From contig CM069141.1 in the NCBI GenBank assembly GCA_035221665.1, forward strand, positions 32,860,001-32,924,000: a stretch of DNA of 64,000 bases. The letters run 5' to 3'. Numbering within the stretch: the stretch's first letter is position 1; each line of letters opens with the position of its first letter. The notes beneath the pieces are model-generated. The model had not been told where the DNA came from. It was given only the letters and a program-made list of their open reading frames with translations, and ran no database searches. A program made the position numbers and the translations under genes. The stretch is from Okamejei kenojei (taxonomy: Eukaryota). Shown one piece after another: positions 1 to 12,930 of the stretch.

Positions 1-187
1 TGGGGAGTGCAGGGGAGATATAAGACTTTGCCTTCCATCACAATGAGGTGGAGAGTCACTGTGATGGATGTTTGTGTAAATTGTGTTGTATCTTGGTTCT
101 TTTCTTGTTGGTATGACTGCAGAAACTAAATTTTGTTTGAAACTCAATGAGATTCAAATGACAATAAACGGTATTGTATTGTATTGT
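1..187 (+). mobile_element. 3' end of a CpG-rich non-autonomous retroelement (same family as 21321-22027)
   Basis: Shares ccttccatcaca.tgagg..tgga with ~21860-21890; ends in tgacaataaa + (tattg)n tail. Confidence 0.6.
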
Positions 188-1009
188 AATTGATCGTGAA
201 GGTTTAATTTAACATTTAACCAAATTGGCTTAATTGGGCTAAGTGACAAGATTGGAAAGCATAGAGGATTCAGCCAGTCTTACAGAGCATCACTTTGCTC
301 GATATTCTGTTAACCACCAAGGAAGTTGGACGAAGTATCTTAAATTCTTTAATTTTGTCATGTGCTTTTTATGCTGGCTTTGAAAGGGAGAACATTGAAG
401 TACCTTCTCGGGCCCTTGTGGTCCCCAGCAACAGTCACCAAGGTCGAAGGCAGAAGGTCTGATTGAATGGTGTCAGAACAACAATTTTGCTCTCATATAT
501 TCTCTGTATATTTATTGTCTTTATGGTCCTGTAAGCTGCAGCAAGTAGAAATGTCATTGTTCTGCTTACAAATGCTTCCATTTCCTTTTGATAGATCTGG
601 GAGCCACATCTCTCTTCACTGCAACCTCATCTCTTTGGTAAAGGATTTGAATATAGTTAATGTCAGTAATTAGAAGGCAGCCAGGCAGATTGCAGAAGCT
701 ACCAGTAAGGGGGTTTTGAAACAGGTGGGAAGTATCGTGCTATTGCATTATCCGTCTTCAAACCTGTCAGATGTGGGTTACACTGCTTCAAATCCTTAAT
801 GACCTGAAATGCAGCCTAAATGGTGATGCACGATAAAATATATTCTGTTTTTTAATTAGAGTTAAAATAAAATGGACTAAATATAATTTCTAGAATATTG
901 TAATCACGTTTAATATTTACCATGTCATTAATTCAACAAAACAATTAAGGAGTGACAGCCATTAAGGATGCGCAGCCAACAATGGGACTCCACCCTTGTG
1001 GACTCAACC

Positions 1010-1192
1010 CTTCCTGAGGTCATTTGTTGCCGGTCCTGTTTTGTTCTGGACTTCTCTGACTTTCAGTCTGAAGAAGGGTTCAGACCTAAAACGTCACCTA
1101 TTCCTTTTCTCAAGAGATTCTGCCTGACCTGCTGGGTTACTCAGCATTTTGCGATTATCTTCAGTATAACCCCACATCTGCAGTTCCTTCCT
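1010..1192 (+). mobile_element. Penelope-like terminal-repeat fragment with decayed hammerhead motif
   Basis: ctgaagaagggttcagacctaaaacgtcacc at 1068-1098 followed by gcctgacctgctgggttactcagcatttt. Confidence 0.65.
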
Positions 1193-4100
1193 ATATGTAA
1201 CTAAAGGAGTGAGTCTGCTGAAGCAGATTTCACCCCTGGTATATTGTTGATGATTGCTTAATAGTTAGCACATGTTCTATTATCTACCCTGCAGGGAAAT
1301 AAACTGTCCTTGGGTGTGAAGGGGAGGACACCAAGGCAAATGTGTTTATCTTCAAAGCAGATTTAAGATGACATTAAACAGGGCGCAGTTCTTTCCAGCA
1401 AAGCTGAGTGCTTAGTAACTGAAAATCTGCTGAAGCCAGTCCAGGTTTTTCACTGATGGCAATAGTTCTTTCTTTGGATGGATTACATAAACATCGTGTG
1501 AAGATGAAGAATTTAAGAACAGTATTTGTGCCTCTTAAACTAAAATTTACAATTATAATTCATAAACCTCATTTATCTTGATGTCACTGTCAACAAATAA
1601 TCAGAACTTCAGAAAAATGACATTCAAAAGAACAACAGATTGCTCTTGGAGTAAGATTTGTTTACAATTACTTTTTAATTTTCATTGAACTCGAGCTGTA
1701 ATCAGAAATATTTTGAGGTGATCTATGATTTTTTTTTAAAAACAATAACGTGTTTTATGGAGGTGTGTGATTGCTCAGTGTTGGCCTGTACAGTAGAACT
1801 ATCGTCAGCGGTACTTCGAAAAGTTCCATGGTTTTGTCAATGGCCACTTGAATAAAATTAGATTAGTTAGTGATAAAACCTAAACACAGAGTGCAACTGC
1901 AGAGTTTTGTGATGCAAGTTAAACATATAGTCAATCATGGGAAATTAATGTTTAGTGTATTGCACAGGTTAGAAATGGATACCAAGTAAATAGAGGAAAA
2001 CAATGCAATAGGTTAGAAAGGCTCAATCACTCACTTAATCACTCACTGTCAATCCAACTGTTAACACTGAACCCGTGTACAATTGCCTTTCCTTTGTTTC
2101 TTTAATTCTCAAAGACCTTGGAATTGGAAGAATGGGTCCCTAGAAGACAGGCCTGCATAAAGGAGGCAATACTTCTAGGGTGGTTCTTGGGAACTGAAAA
2201 CTATCAGAAGTCTGGAGGTGTCAAAACCAAGCACACTCCACAGGGTGGGTTTGAAATAAAAAGGTTATTTCTGATCCACACCGTTGGCACAAAAGTACTT
2301 AAATTTTCAGGAATGTATCACTTGAAGCTCAATATTTGCCCTGCATTCCAATAATTGCGTTCCTTCTCATCTTATTCAATTTAAAATTCTATTCAACATT
2401 AAAATTCCACTCAGACAATTCTCAGAGAATGTTCAAGTATATTTAATGGAGCCTCTTTGAAGTACAGATGAAGATAGTTTCAGCTGTGATGTTTCTGTGA
2501 AGATTACCTACACTGATGATGTGACTGACATAGAAGATAGAACAGTACAGCATAGGAACAGGCCCTTTGACCCACGATATCTGTGCTGTTCATGATGGTA
2601 AATCAAACTTAGACCTGTACGTGGTCCATATCCTATCATTCCCTCCATTTTCATATGCCTCTCAAAAAACCTCTTAAATACCATTGTCTTATTTCCTTCT
2701 GCCACCAACCCCTTGCAGCATTTTCCGAGCACCTATTACAGTCTGCCTAAAAATAAACTTGGCCTGCACATCTATTTTAAACTTTCTCGGTCTTGCCCTA
2801 AAGCTATGCTCTCTAATATTTGACATTTCCACCCATGGAAAATGATTCTGACAGACTACACACTCTCTATTCCTCTCATAATTTTATAAACTTCCATGCA
2901 TGGTCCTCTCAGCCTCTGACATTCCAGAGATTATGATCCAAGTTTATTCAACCTCTCCTTATACCTAACACCTTCTATTCCAGACAGCATCCTGGTAAAC
3001 CTCTTCTACACCCTCTCCCAAGCCTCCACATCCTTCCTGTAATGAGATAACCAGAATTTCACATGATACTCCAAATGTGGCTTAACCAAAGTTTTATAAA
3101 ACTGCAACACGATTTTGTGATTCTTACGCCCAATAATTCCCTTACGATCAGTGAAGGCAAGCAAATCTTCATTACCATTCTATCTACACGTGTTATAACT
3201 TTCAGGGAACTATGAATTTGGAGCCCCAAATCTCTCTGTAAATCATTGCTGTTAAGGGTCCTGCCATTAACTATATACTTTTGCCTTGCATTCTATCTCC
3301 AAACCGAACACACACTTGCACAAATTAATCTCCACAAGTCATTTTTCTGCCCCTATCTGTAACTGATCTATGTTCCTCTGTATTTTTTGACAGGCTTCTG
3401 CAAACTTATTAACAAGCTCATTTACATGTTTGGTCAAGTCGTATAATAGTAGTGGTCCTAGCACTGATGTCTGCAGAGCAACATGGGTCATAGTCCTCCC
3501 GCCAGAATAACACCCTTCGCCCTCTACTCCCTGTCTTCTATGGGTAAAACAGCTTTCAATCCAAACTACCTAGTAACCCTGGATGCATGCATTTTAATCT
3601 TCTGGGTCAGCCTACCATGAGGGATCTTGTCAAGTGCCTTATTAAGGTCCATGGGGACAAGATCCATTCCCCTACCCTCATCAATCACCTTCTTCACCCT
3701 TCCCCACTCAATCAAGTTTGTAAGACATGAATTACCTTGCACAAAGCCATGCAGACTGTCCCTAATGAGCCCATTCTTTGTATGTTCATAAATTATAGCA
3801 GAAATAGGCCCATCAAGTCTACTCCACTATTCAATCATGGCTGATCTATCTTTCCCTCTCAACCGCTTTCTTCTACCTTCTCCCCATTATCCCTGACACA
3901 CTTACTAATCAAAAATTATCTTCCAGTAAATCCCATCATGATAAATCCTCTCTATTAGCTTTTACAATGCTCTTAAAAAGTTCCAACAATCCCTTTCCTG
4001 ATCTCAAAATGTCAAGGCATATTAGTATACCCCACACCGATCTCACTGTCCTTTATGTCCTCTTTGATGAATATAAGGCAAATACTTATTTAGTACCTCA

Positions 4101-4344
4101 CCTACATCCTCTGACTCCAGGCATAAATTCTCTCCTTTTGAATAATCCTCTCCCGAGTTACCCTCTTGTATAAAATGTATAAAATGCCTTGGGATTCTCT
4201 CTGAAATATCATGGTCCCTTTTGGCCCTAATTCCTTGCTTGAGCTCTTTAATGATTCCTTTATATTCCTCAAAGGCACTGTCTGATTTAATCTTCCTAAA
4301 TATTATATTTTCTTCCTTTTATTGTTTGACTAATATTTACCATT

Positions 4345-5645
4345 GAGTTTAGTTTATTGTCACGTCTACAGTGAAAAGATTTTGTTGCATGCTAGCCTGT
4401 CAGCGGAAAGACAATACATGATTACAAACTAGCCATTCACAGTGTACAGATACGATGAAGAGCATAATGTGAATAAGGTTCAAGGTTAGTTTATTGGTCA
4501 CATACACCAATTGGTGTAATGAAATGTTTCTTGTCTATGCAGCACATAATAAAGAATGCAGAAATAACACTAATAAAAAGAACATCCCCCCACAAGGGTT
4601 CCCATTATGAGGGAAGGCACAATGTCCAGTCCCCAACCCATGTCCACCCATAGTCAGGCCTATTGAGGCCTCCGCAATCGCCTTCACGGAGGCCGATGTT
4701 CCAGGCCGTTCTCGCCGGGTGATGGTGCTCCGGCATCGGGAGAATCCTCTCAGCGGCTTGGGACACCTGGAACGGCCACTTCCTTACCGGAGTCCAAAGC
4801 CAACAAGGCCGCGCTGAATGGAGCTCCCCCACTGGCTCCCGATGTTGAAGTCAGCGCCGCCGCCCGCAGCTGGCCGCTCCACAGACCCGCAGCTCCGCGA
4901 TGTTTTTTTGTCCGCGGTTTCAGCCCACCGGAGTTCCAGCGCGGCGACCCAGGCAAGGCATCGCCCGCTCCGTTCCACGATTGCGCTCCAGCGCTCCACC
5001 GCCGCCGAAGCTGAGGTTCTGGGCAGTCTTCTCAGGAAACGCCGCTCCAGGCCCGCTGGTAGGCCGCGAGGATGGGTCAGAAGTGCAGCCCGGAGAAAGG
5101 CTGCCTCTCCGACCAGGTAGGGACCCTGAAAAGTAGTTTCCCCCTTCCCCCCCCACACCCCCACATAAAAAAGAATAGAACTCCAAAAGCAAAACACTTT
5201 TAACTCACTAAAAATCAAGAAAAGAGTGAAAAACATACAGCTGCAGGCTGGGCAGTCATACCATACAGGATGGCACCCCCTATCTAATAACGTTTATTGC
5301 AAGTTAAAGTGCAGTAAGATCCGATCAAAAAATAGTCTGAGGATCTCTAAAGAGGTAGATAGTAGCTCAGGGCTGCTCTCTAGTTGTTGGTAGGATGGTT
5401 CAGTTGCCTAATGAGCTGGGAAGAAACTGTCCCTGAACTAGGAGGTGTGCGTTTCCACACTTCTAACCATTTGCCCGATGGAAGTGCCCAAGGTGTGACT
5501 CGTCCTTGATTTTGCTGGTGGCCTTGCCGAAGCAGCGTGGGGTGTAAATCGAGTCAATGGAAGGGAGGTCGGTTTGTGTGATGGTCTCTGCAATTTCTTG
5601 TGGTCTTGGATGGAGCTGTTCCTAAGCCAATCTATAATGCATCCT
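4345..5645 (-). mobile_element. Rex1/Babar-type LINE 3' fragment, split by an insertion at 4477-5281
   Basis: tttattgtcac tail; gggaagaaactgtccctgaa and tgatggtct..gcaatttcttg segments also seen in the Rex1 copies at 25510 and 36315. Confidence 0.7.
4477..5281 (-). mobile_element. CpG-rich non-autonomous retroelement (copy A)
   Basis: High GC/CpG; ctcc(g)cgatgtt motif repeated; minus-strand caataaa + (aaccttg) tail; inserted between aataa repeats of the Rex1 host. Confidence 0.7.
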
Positions 5646-6039
5646 GATCAACTCTTTCATCATCCAAGATTTCCATACCATGCCATTCTAAATTCCACCT
5701 ACTTACTGGAATATGCCAGTCCTAAACACTGATCAGCTGACCTTTAAACAACTCCCACAGGTCAGATGTGGACTTACGCAATTATAGGTGCTCCCTATTT
5801 ACTCTCCCTAGTTCTTGCCTAATCATGTTGTAATTTGCCCTCCCCCAATTTAGTACCTACTACCAAGTCCAAACATATCCTGACTGCAGTCTCAATCCAA
5901 TATGCTGACTGTTCATTTCCCTCCACAGATGCTGCTTGACTCACTGAGTTACCAGCTACTCTCCTTTCTATTGCCTCAGATTCCAGTCTCTTGTATTGGA
6001 ATCTTATGGAGTTCATGCAACTTGTAGTAAACTCCTGAT

Positions 6040-6482
6040 TTCTATTACATTGTAGCGTCCAAGTTCAGGGGCAGTTTCTTCCCTACAACGATCAGACTAT
6101 TAAACATTACAACCTCCAAATAAACTCCGTACTACATAGATCTGGAGGTATTGTTTTTTGTNNNNNNNNNNNNNNNNNNNNNNNNNNNNNNNNNNNNNNN
6201 NNNNNNNNNNNNNNNNNNNNNNNNNNNNNNNNNNNNNNNNNNNNNNNNNNNNNNNNNNNNNNNNNNNNNNNNNNNNNNNNNNNNNNNNNNNNNNNNNNNN
6301 NNNNNNNNNNNNNNNNNNNNNNNNNNNNNNNNNNNNNNNNNNNNNNNNNNNNNNNNNNNNNNNNNNNNNNNNNNNNNAGAGTACTGTGTTTATATGCCTA
6401 TTGCGCTGCTGCAAGTATATATTCATTATATAGATTTCGAGACACATGACAATTAAACACTCTTGGCTGTTGACTTGACTCA
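6040..6482 (+). mobile_element. Rex1/Babar-type 3' end spanning an assembly gap
   Basis: agttcaggggcagtttcttccc...; acacatgacaattaaa + ttgacttgac tail. Confidence 0.6.
6162..6377. other. Assembly gap (N run)
   Basis: Ns in sequence. Confidence 1.
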
Positions 6483-6825
6483 TTGAAACGCAGTGCACAA
6501 AGATTACTGATTCCAATTTGTGAAGTTGAAATGATCGAAGGAAAATGAACTGAAGTATTGAGAGAATGTAGAAATGCAAATCTGCACTGTTTTAGCCTCC
6601 CGCAATCCCCTCCTGCAATCTCCTGCTATCAGAACGTGAGGCATGTGTTCTCACGAAGGGAGCAGTCTAAAGCAGACTGATGTTTTCCATGTGCCAGGTC
6701 CACCTTGTTTCTTCCTGCCGCTGCTCCTTCAAGGCCAGAGACTCTTATTCTCACTACTAAAGTTGTAACTTAAAACATAGAAAAAGAGGAGCAGTAAAAG
6801 GCCAGATTTCCCCTTTGAGTCTGAT

Positions 6826-7630
6826 CTTGTATTGTATTCAATTTATTGTCATTATCTCATTTTAGAGACAACAAAAATGGATTTTCCTTACAGTCAGTAA
6901 CAGAAAGTAAATAATAAATAAATAAACATTTTTTTTAAAAGCACAAACACAGAAGTCAACACACAACATAACCCCACAGCGGCACCAGAGTTAAGGAAGG
7001 TACCATAGTCCAGCCAGCCTCCCTGCCGATCTTCCCAGATTTCACCCGTGGTCGGGGCTTCCCGAGCACCCGCAGGCCCTCTCGCCAGGAACGACGCTCA
7101 GGCCCTCTTGCTGGGAACGATGGAACTCCGACGGAGAACATCCTCAGCGGCCCGGACCTCCAGATCAGCCACCTCCCACCGGAGTCCGTGGCTCCCAAAG
7201 TCCACAGGCCGAGCCGGGCGGAGTCGCAGGACTCCGCGATGTTGGTCAGCGCCGCCCGTGTTGGGAGCTCCGCGAACCACAGCTCCGCGATGTTGGTGCA
7301 GCAGGCCCAGCACTCCGGAGCTCCAAACGACGATCCCTGGTGAGGCATCGCCTGACCCTCGATGTTTCCAACGCTGCACCGCTGCTGCTGGAGCTCTGGT
7401 CGGTCCGGGCAGGAAAGGCCACGCAATCCAGTAGGTAGGCCGCGGGGGGGGGGAGGGGGGCGAGGACGCGACTCGAAAATAGTCGCATCCTCTCCAGGAA
7501 GCGACTTACTGTACCCTCTTCCCCTCACATAAAGACATTAAAAAAAAACACAAAAAACGTCTTCAAACATAACAAAAAAACAAAAGGTACCGGACTGAAG
7601 GCGGAGGCAGCTAGCAACAGCGCCACCAGA
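6826..7630 (-). mobile_element. CpG-rich non-autonomous retroelement (copy B), nested in a CR1 3' tail (6773-7950)
   Basis: ctccgcgatgtt at 7232 and 7283; minus-strand tgacaataaa + (aatac)n tail; aligns by eye with copy A. Confidence 0.7.
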
Positions 7631-8124
7631 TGTCGATAAGTGTGATCATAGCAGGTCCCCTTTCTGCTCATACCTCTTGATGACTTCTGTGTTTAAAAAT
7701 CCACATATCCACATCTTAAATATATCCTGTGATTTAGCCTCTGTATCTTTCTGTGGTAGAGTGTTCCACAAGTTCAATGTGCTCTGAGTGAAGAAAATTC
7801 TCCTCATCTCCCCCCTTAAACACCTTGCCCTGTATTCTGAGAGAGTGATCCTTCATTCTAGACAGCAGGAGCCTGGGGAACTGTCCTCCCTACATCCAGC
7901 CTAAGCCTTAGCAGAATTGTGTACATTGCATTGAAATCTCCTCTCAGACCAGAATCTGGTCCAAGGCTTTTGGTTTTATTGCAGACACAACATTTGCTCT
8001 AATGTCTATGAAATTGGGCCCTGGTGTGAGTGGGTCAGTGTATTTGATTATTTAGATTAAAGAGTGGATAGAGAGCATCAAAATAAACCCACAGTCACCC
8101 TGTTCCGAAACTACCAAGTAGATA

Positions 8125-8735
8125 AACATAGAGCATAGAACAATATAATACAGGAACAGACCCCTCGGACCACAATTTCTATACCAAAGATAATTCCAAG
8201 ACCAACCCTTATCTGCCTGCACATAATCATATCCCACCATTCTCTGCATATCCATGTGCATTTCCAAAAGTCTGTTAAATGCCACTGTCTTGTCCGCCAC
8301 CACCACCTCCCCAGCAACGTGTTCCACATACTCACCAACCTATGTAAAAATATTTGGTCCGCACCTCCTTTAAACTTTGCCCCTATCACTTTAAAGCAAT
8401 GACCTCTAGTATTTGATATTTAAATTCTGGGAAATTAGGTTTTGACTGTCTACCCAATCTATGCCTCTCATAATGTTATGTACTTCTCGTAGGTCTCCCA
8501 GCCATCTCTGGTGTTCCGGAGAAAACAATCCAAGTCTGTCTAAATATCCCCTCTTGCAGGCATCATTCTGGTAAACCTCCTCTGCATCCTTTCGAAAGCC
8601 TCCAAATCCTTCCTGTAATGGGATGATTGCAATGCCACAATTTATGGCCTAACCAAAATCCTGCAAAGCCGCATCGCGATTTCCTACTCAATGGGCTGAC
8701 CAACGAAGGCAAGCATATCATATGCCTTCTTTACC
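8125..8735 (-). mobile_element. CR1 LINE 3' fragment
   Basis: catagagcatagaac tail; minus ORF remnant GAKFKGG...RLVSMWNTL (CR1 ORF2 C-terminus). Confidence 0.8.
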
Positions 8736-9952
8736 ACAAGCAACTGTGTTACTTAAATAATAAAATTCACCAACTGCAAAATAAGCGGTAAAGCTGCTTC
8801 CTAACACTTCCATTCCAATAAGAGTCACTGGTTAGCTGACAAGAGCAGAAACACTGGATGACTTTTTTTTTTACCCCCTCCTGCTGGTAGGAATGTGGAG
8901 GGTAATAGCTGGTTTGATGGAAATTGTGAAGTCACAAACCAAGAGTTAGTTAGAGAGTGAGAATGAGATAGTGTAAGAGAGTGTGAGAGTGAGAGAGTGT
9001 AAATAGATCCCCCTCCAAAATCCTACATCACTGGGTTATAGTCCAGGAATAGATGTCTTAAGTGGTTATTGGGGCTGGGTGGGGGTTGTAAAAGTGGTAA
9101 TGTGGGGATTGGGAGGTCAGAAACAGGGAGGAGAGGTACTGGATTTTGGCAGAGAACAGCTATTGGAACTTTTTCAAGAAGCTGCATGTCTCTTTTTATT
9201 ACAATTTGTATTTTTATTTCAGAGAATATCATGTTCCTAGTCAGTGCTAAACCAGCTGATCTAAGTTGAAGCAATGAGTAAGTTATCACAGAGCCTTGGG
9301 ATGGGAGGAACCAACTCATTGTGTCTTTTAAAAACAAATATAAATCCCATCTGAATGTTCGAGGGAAATTTTGAAAAAAGGTGGGGGGAAAGAATAACAT
9401 CCAGCACAAACCTACTCTCAGTTTTGTCCTCTGAACATTAATTGTATTGGTATCAACACTAACAGGCAGTTCATTTTGTTAAAGTTAAGTGCCCCACAAC
9501 AAGCAGAGTGGCCAGTTTCATGCTGGAGTCCATTAAGGAGGCATTTTGACAGAAAGCCACAGAATGTAATTTTCAACTTCTTTAGAAATTCATCCATCTG
9601 TAATTGCATATTCTTCAGTATCATTAGATGGAAGGAATCTAGTAAGATTGTATATTAATAGCAATCAAACACTCTGGTGCCAGTGAAGAGGGGTAACCCT
9701 TGTGACTAGCTGAGGTTGTGGTAACAATCATAAAAGAGAGGAGTGCTGAAGCAGTGAAACCAATGCAGCAGGTTACTGGTGGAATATTTGTGGAAGGGCA
9801 CATCCCTGAGGGAGGGATCAAGGAGAGCTGCTCAAAGACCAACTGCAGAAATCATTAGACCATTGCAACTGCTGGCCTCAGGCTGAAGAGGAAAATCCAG
9901 CCATTGAATACAAAACATTTGCTTCAACTGTTTGGTAGATTTGGAGTTAAAG

Positions 9953-9986
9953 ATGTTGTCTGATCCATACAAAGTTGCTGAAAGTG
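9953..9986 (+). CDS. AFAP1L1: Candidate first coding exon of AFAP1L1 (MLSDPYKVAES + phase-1 G)
   Basis: aagATG (A at -3), 11 open codons + 1 nt, then a perfect GTAAGT donor (9987-9992). Phase 1 fits exon 22565 (G|TG=Val). Lies in a transposon-poor block. No homology support; inference only. Confidence 0.45.
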
Positions 9987-12739
9987 GTAAGTTCTAACAA
10001 CTATTATCAGTTATTAATTTAAACCACAAGTAGGTTTTCTTTTTGTAGAGTGTAAATAAAGTTGATAAATTTTTTAAAAGCAAAATAGATATAGAAAAAT
10101 ACTTAAATCTGGGGTTTGCCAGAATTTACCTTGCATTGCATTTTGTATAAATGGAAATAACAAAGTTGGAATAATATTTGGATGTGGCTTACCATAATTA
10201 TATACTTTAAAAACAGTAAAGTAATAGTTATCCTACCATGCACTATATTTATAGAGTAAGCTTCCAAGTCACGAAGTCTCTGAATTTCAGCAGTTAACAA
10301 GTTCATGCGTTGCTATCAATATATTGAGGATATCTGCTGTACTTATTAGAAGTTAAGGCAGTCTGAAATAAATTCATTTTAATTCAAAATTTCATTTACA
10401 AAGAACGTGGCTTGAATCTGACATTGGTGATCTAACACCAGAATGAAAAGGATTGAAACCACCTGTAGAAAGGGGAATAATTCCACCTTGCTTCAAAGTT
10501 CAGTTTGGTTTTGAAGCCTGATTTATATTTTGTGAGTTGGGTATTTACTTTTTTTTGCTGCTAGCACATGCAATTGAGGTGTACTTCAAATGTGGCTTAA
10601 AAGACTGCAGAATTTTACATACAAGCAAGTTAACTCAAACATAACGTGCCACAGTATCCTCCATCAGGTACAGCTGTTGGTCGGTCCTGTTGCTCATTTC
10701 CCCACCATGATATCTTGCCACCCATTTAGAGAGCTTCATGTGCGAGCTTCCTGCAGCTGCACTTGCAAGGAACTTATCCTCAAATTGACCGATCAAAACA
10801 AAATGATTGTCTTGGCTCCCTTTGCAATTTTGAAGCAGTCTTATTAGTTTATCCTCACTGTTATCTGACCTGGACTTTTTGTTGCTTTTAATGACTCTAG
10901 TATAGACTGCATTAAAAATTTTAAATCTTGCCCAATTTCAAATTCTTAAGATCGCCGATAAGAATTCTGATGGGTGAATGTGTTGAAACTTGAAAATTAC
11001 AAAATTAGATTTTTATTGTGTGAGCCTGCTCTGAACCCAATAATTGACTCCTATTTTATGTTGATGTGTGCTGTAATGGTGGTCACAATAACATTTAGGC
11101 ATCTCTGCAGGTGTGTGACTATTTTAGGTTTTTTCATCCTATCCTAACAGTGTAACAGAAAGTAATCCTCAAACCCATTTCGAAGATGGTGTCAAAAGAG
11201 CTTTTCTTTAAGAAAAAAGCAACTTACTTACATTTATACAGAATTTGTTGTGTAGACGCTCAACTAAATTTGTTGTGTAGACGATCAACTAATGCGTCAC
11301 TGTTTTAAAGGGTAGGAGCTTTATCTAGGTTTACAACAGGATTGCTTCCATCAGTCAATAATTTCTGAATGGCAACACAAGTTAAAAAACCTCCTCACCA
11401 GATTTTAACACTTATTCTAACTTGCTATCAAATAGAACTCCCAAGAAGTGCAATGTCTCTCCACATCTATAGAAAAAAACTGAAATTTTACTTCATTTTC
11501 AAAACTTGGGAATAAATCCATTATCCTTTAAAATACAATTTCCCAGAAGCATTTATCTTAATAATAAAAGTTTGAGTGTGCCAGTTCACACTCGCTGTTT
11601 AACTGTATGTTGTCATTTATTAAATCAGAATGCTGGTGGAATAGTTTCTCCCTTCCCTTTTTCCCCTGTATTATCTGAGGCTGAAACATTCCATCTTTGT
11701 GCTGTCTCTTTCCTATCTGCACCAGCTGGAATTATCAAGTTGGCGTCCCTCAACTTTATTTTTCACACTTAAACATTTTTCTATCTTTCTTCTTTGATCC
11801 TATGCATTTATTTTCAGCTTTGTAAGAGCAGGGAATATTTTTGCAAATGTCATTTGTCTTCCGTTCTTTCCACTCATCAAGTTCTGAGGGATGTTTACAC
11901 ACTGGATCGATAGGTCCCAGAAGTACTGATGTCCAACAACACCTCCGTGTGAGATGTTCATCAGAGATTATCCTGTTATAAATGGAGGGGGCAGGCAAGG
12001 TACCACCGGTGTACTACCAACAACTCACCACGCATTTGACGGAGGAGACTAGTCCGGTGAATGCCAAAGTGGCAATATTCACTTTATTAGCATGCAGCCA
12101 AATCTTTTCACTGTACCTCGGTACATGTGATAATACACTAAACTGAACTGATGAAAGATGAGTGTTTTGATTGTTATATTTTGTTTATAACGACAGAGGA
12201 AGAGGGAGAAAAACAATGGCAAGTCCAATTACCATGTCCCCCTTCAGCATTGTCCATCCTTCAGCCACCGACAGAGAGCACAAACGATCTGCCACAGCCT
12301 TATCCATCTTTCAACCACGGAGAGCACTTGTTGTGGGGGTGGGCCTGCATTAGTACACTGGGATGGTGGTGGTCACAGCTCCCATTAGGGCTGTAAAATT
12401 GATGGTCATTCAAGGAGGTGGTGGAAAGTATAGATGTCATTAAGCCTGACACCGATGAACGGTCAGGGGTTGAACAGAGACTTTAGATGAGGAGGTAGGG
12501 ACTGAATGTGAGTGTATGTGATGCATGGTAATGATGTAATGGGTCTGCATTTTTGGATACGCAGGTAGAGGGGAAAAGAGCAATCAGGGGCTTGAAATAT
12601 GTGGTTGGGGAAGTCATTGGGATCTGTGGCGTTTGTCAATCAGAAGATTATGAAAGCAGGGTAGATCATGATTGTAATTGGGCTTGAGGAGGGAGCTGTA
12701 AGGATAATGGATTAAAAAAAGGGCCTGCTTGAAGGGGAA

Positions 12740-12930
12740 CCTTAGATAGACACTAAAATGCTGGAGTAGCTCTGCTGGGCAGGCAGGCAGCATCTCTGGA
12801 GAGAAGGAATGAGTGATGTCTCGGGTCAGAATCTTAAGCAAAACACAAAGTGTTGAAGAACTCAGTGGATCAGACAACATGGATGGATGGAATGGACAGA
12901 TAACATTTCAGGGCAGGACCTTCCTTCAAA
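12740..12930 (-). mobile_element. Two tandem Penelope-like terminal-repeat fragments
   Basis: gacactaaaatgctggagtagc..ggcagcatctctggag and acacaaagtgttgaagaactcag.. Confidence 0.6.

Larger units (their letters stand above)
2528..5890 (-). mobile_element. Degenerate CR1 LINE (3' tail plus RT remnants) hosting nested insertions
   Basis: catagaagatagaac tail; reverse-strand CR1 ORF2 remnants (tcaagtgccttattaaggtccat; acaaagccatgcagact); interrupted at 3783-3915 and 4345-5645. Confidence 0.75.

Noticed and set aside
6100-6579. ORFs spanning N runs (also 15426-15835)
   Set aside because: Artefacts of assembly gaps.
4605-7528. Multiple overlapping Arg/Pro/Ala-rich ORFs (up to 190 aa)
   Set aside because: By-products of GC-rich repeat copies; no domain motifs and frames are not shared between copies.
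11242-11292. 25-bp tandem duplication (similar ones at ~19942-19979 and 26550-26586)
   Set aside because: Ordinary slippage or repair duplications with no further structure.
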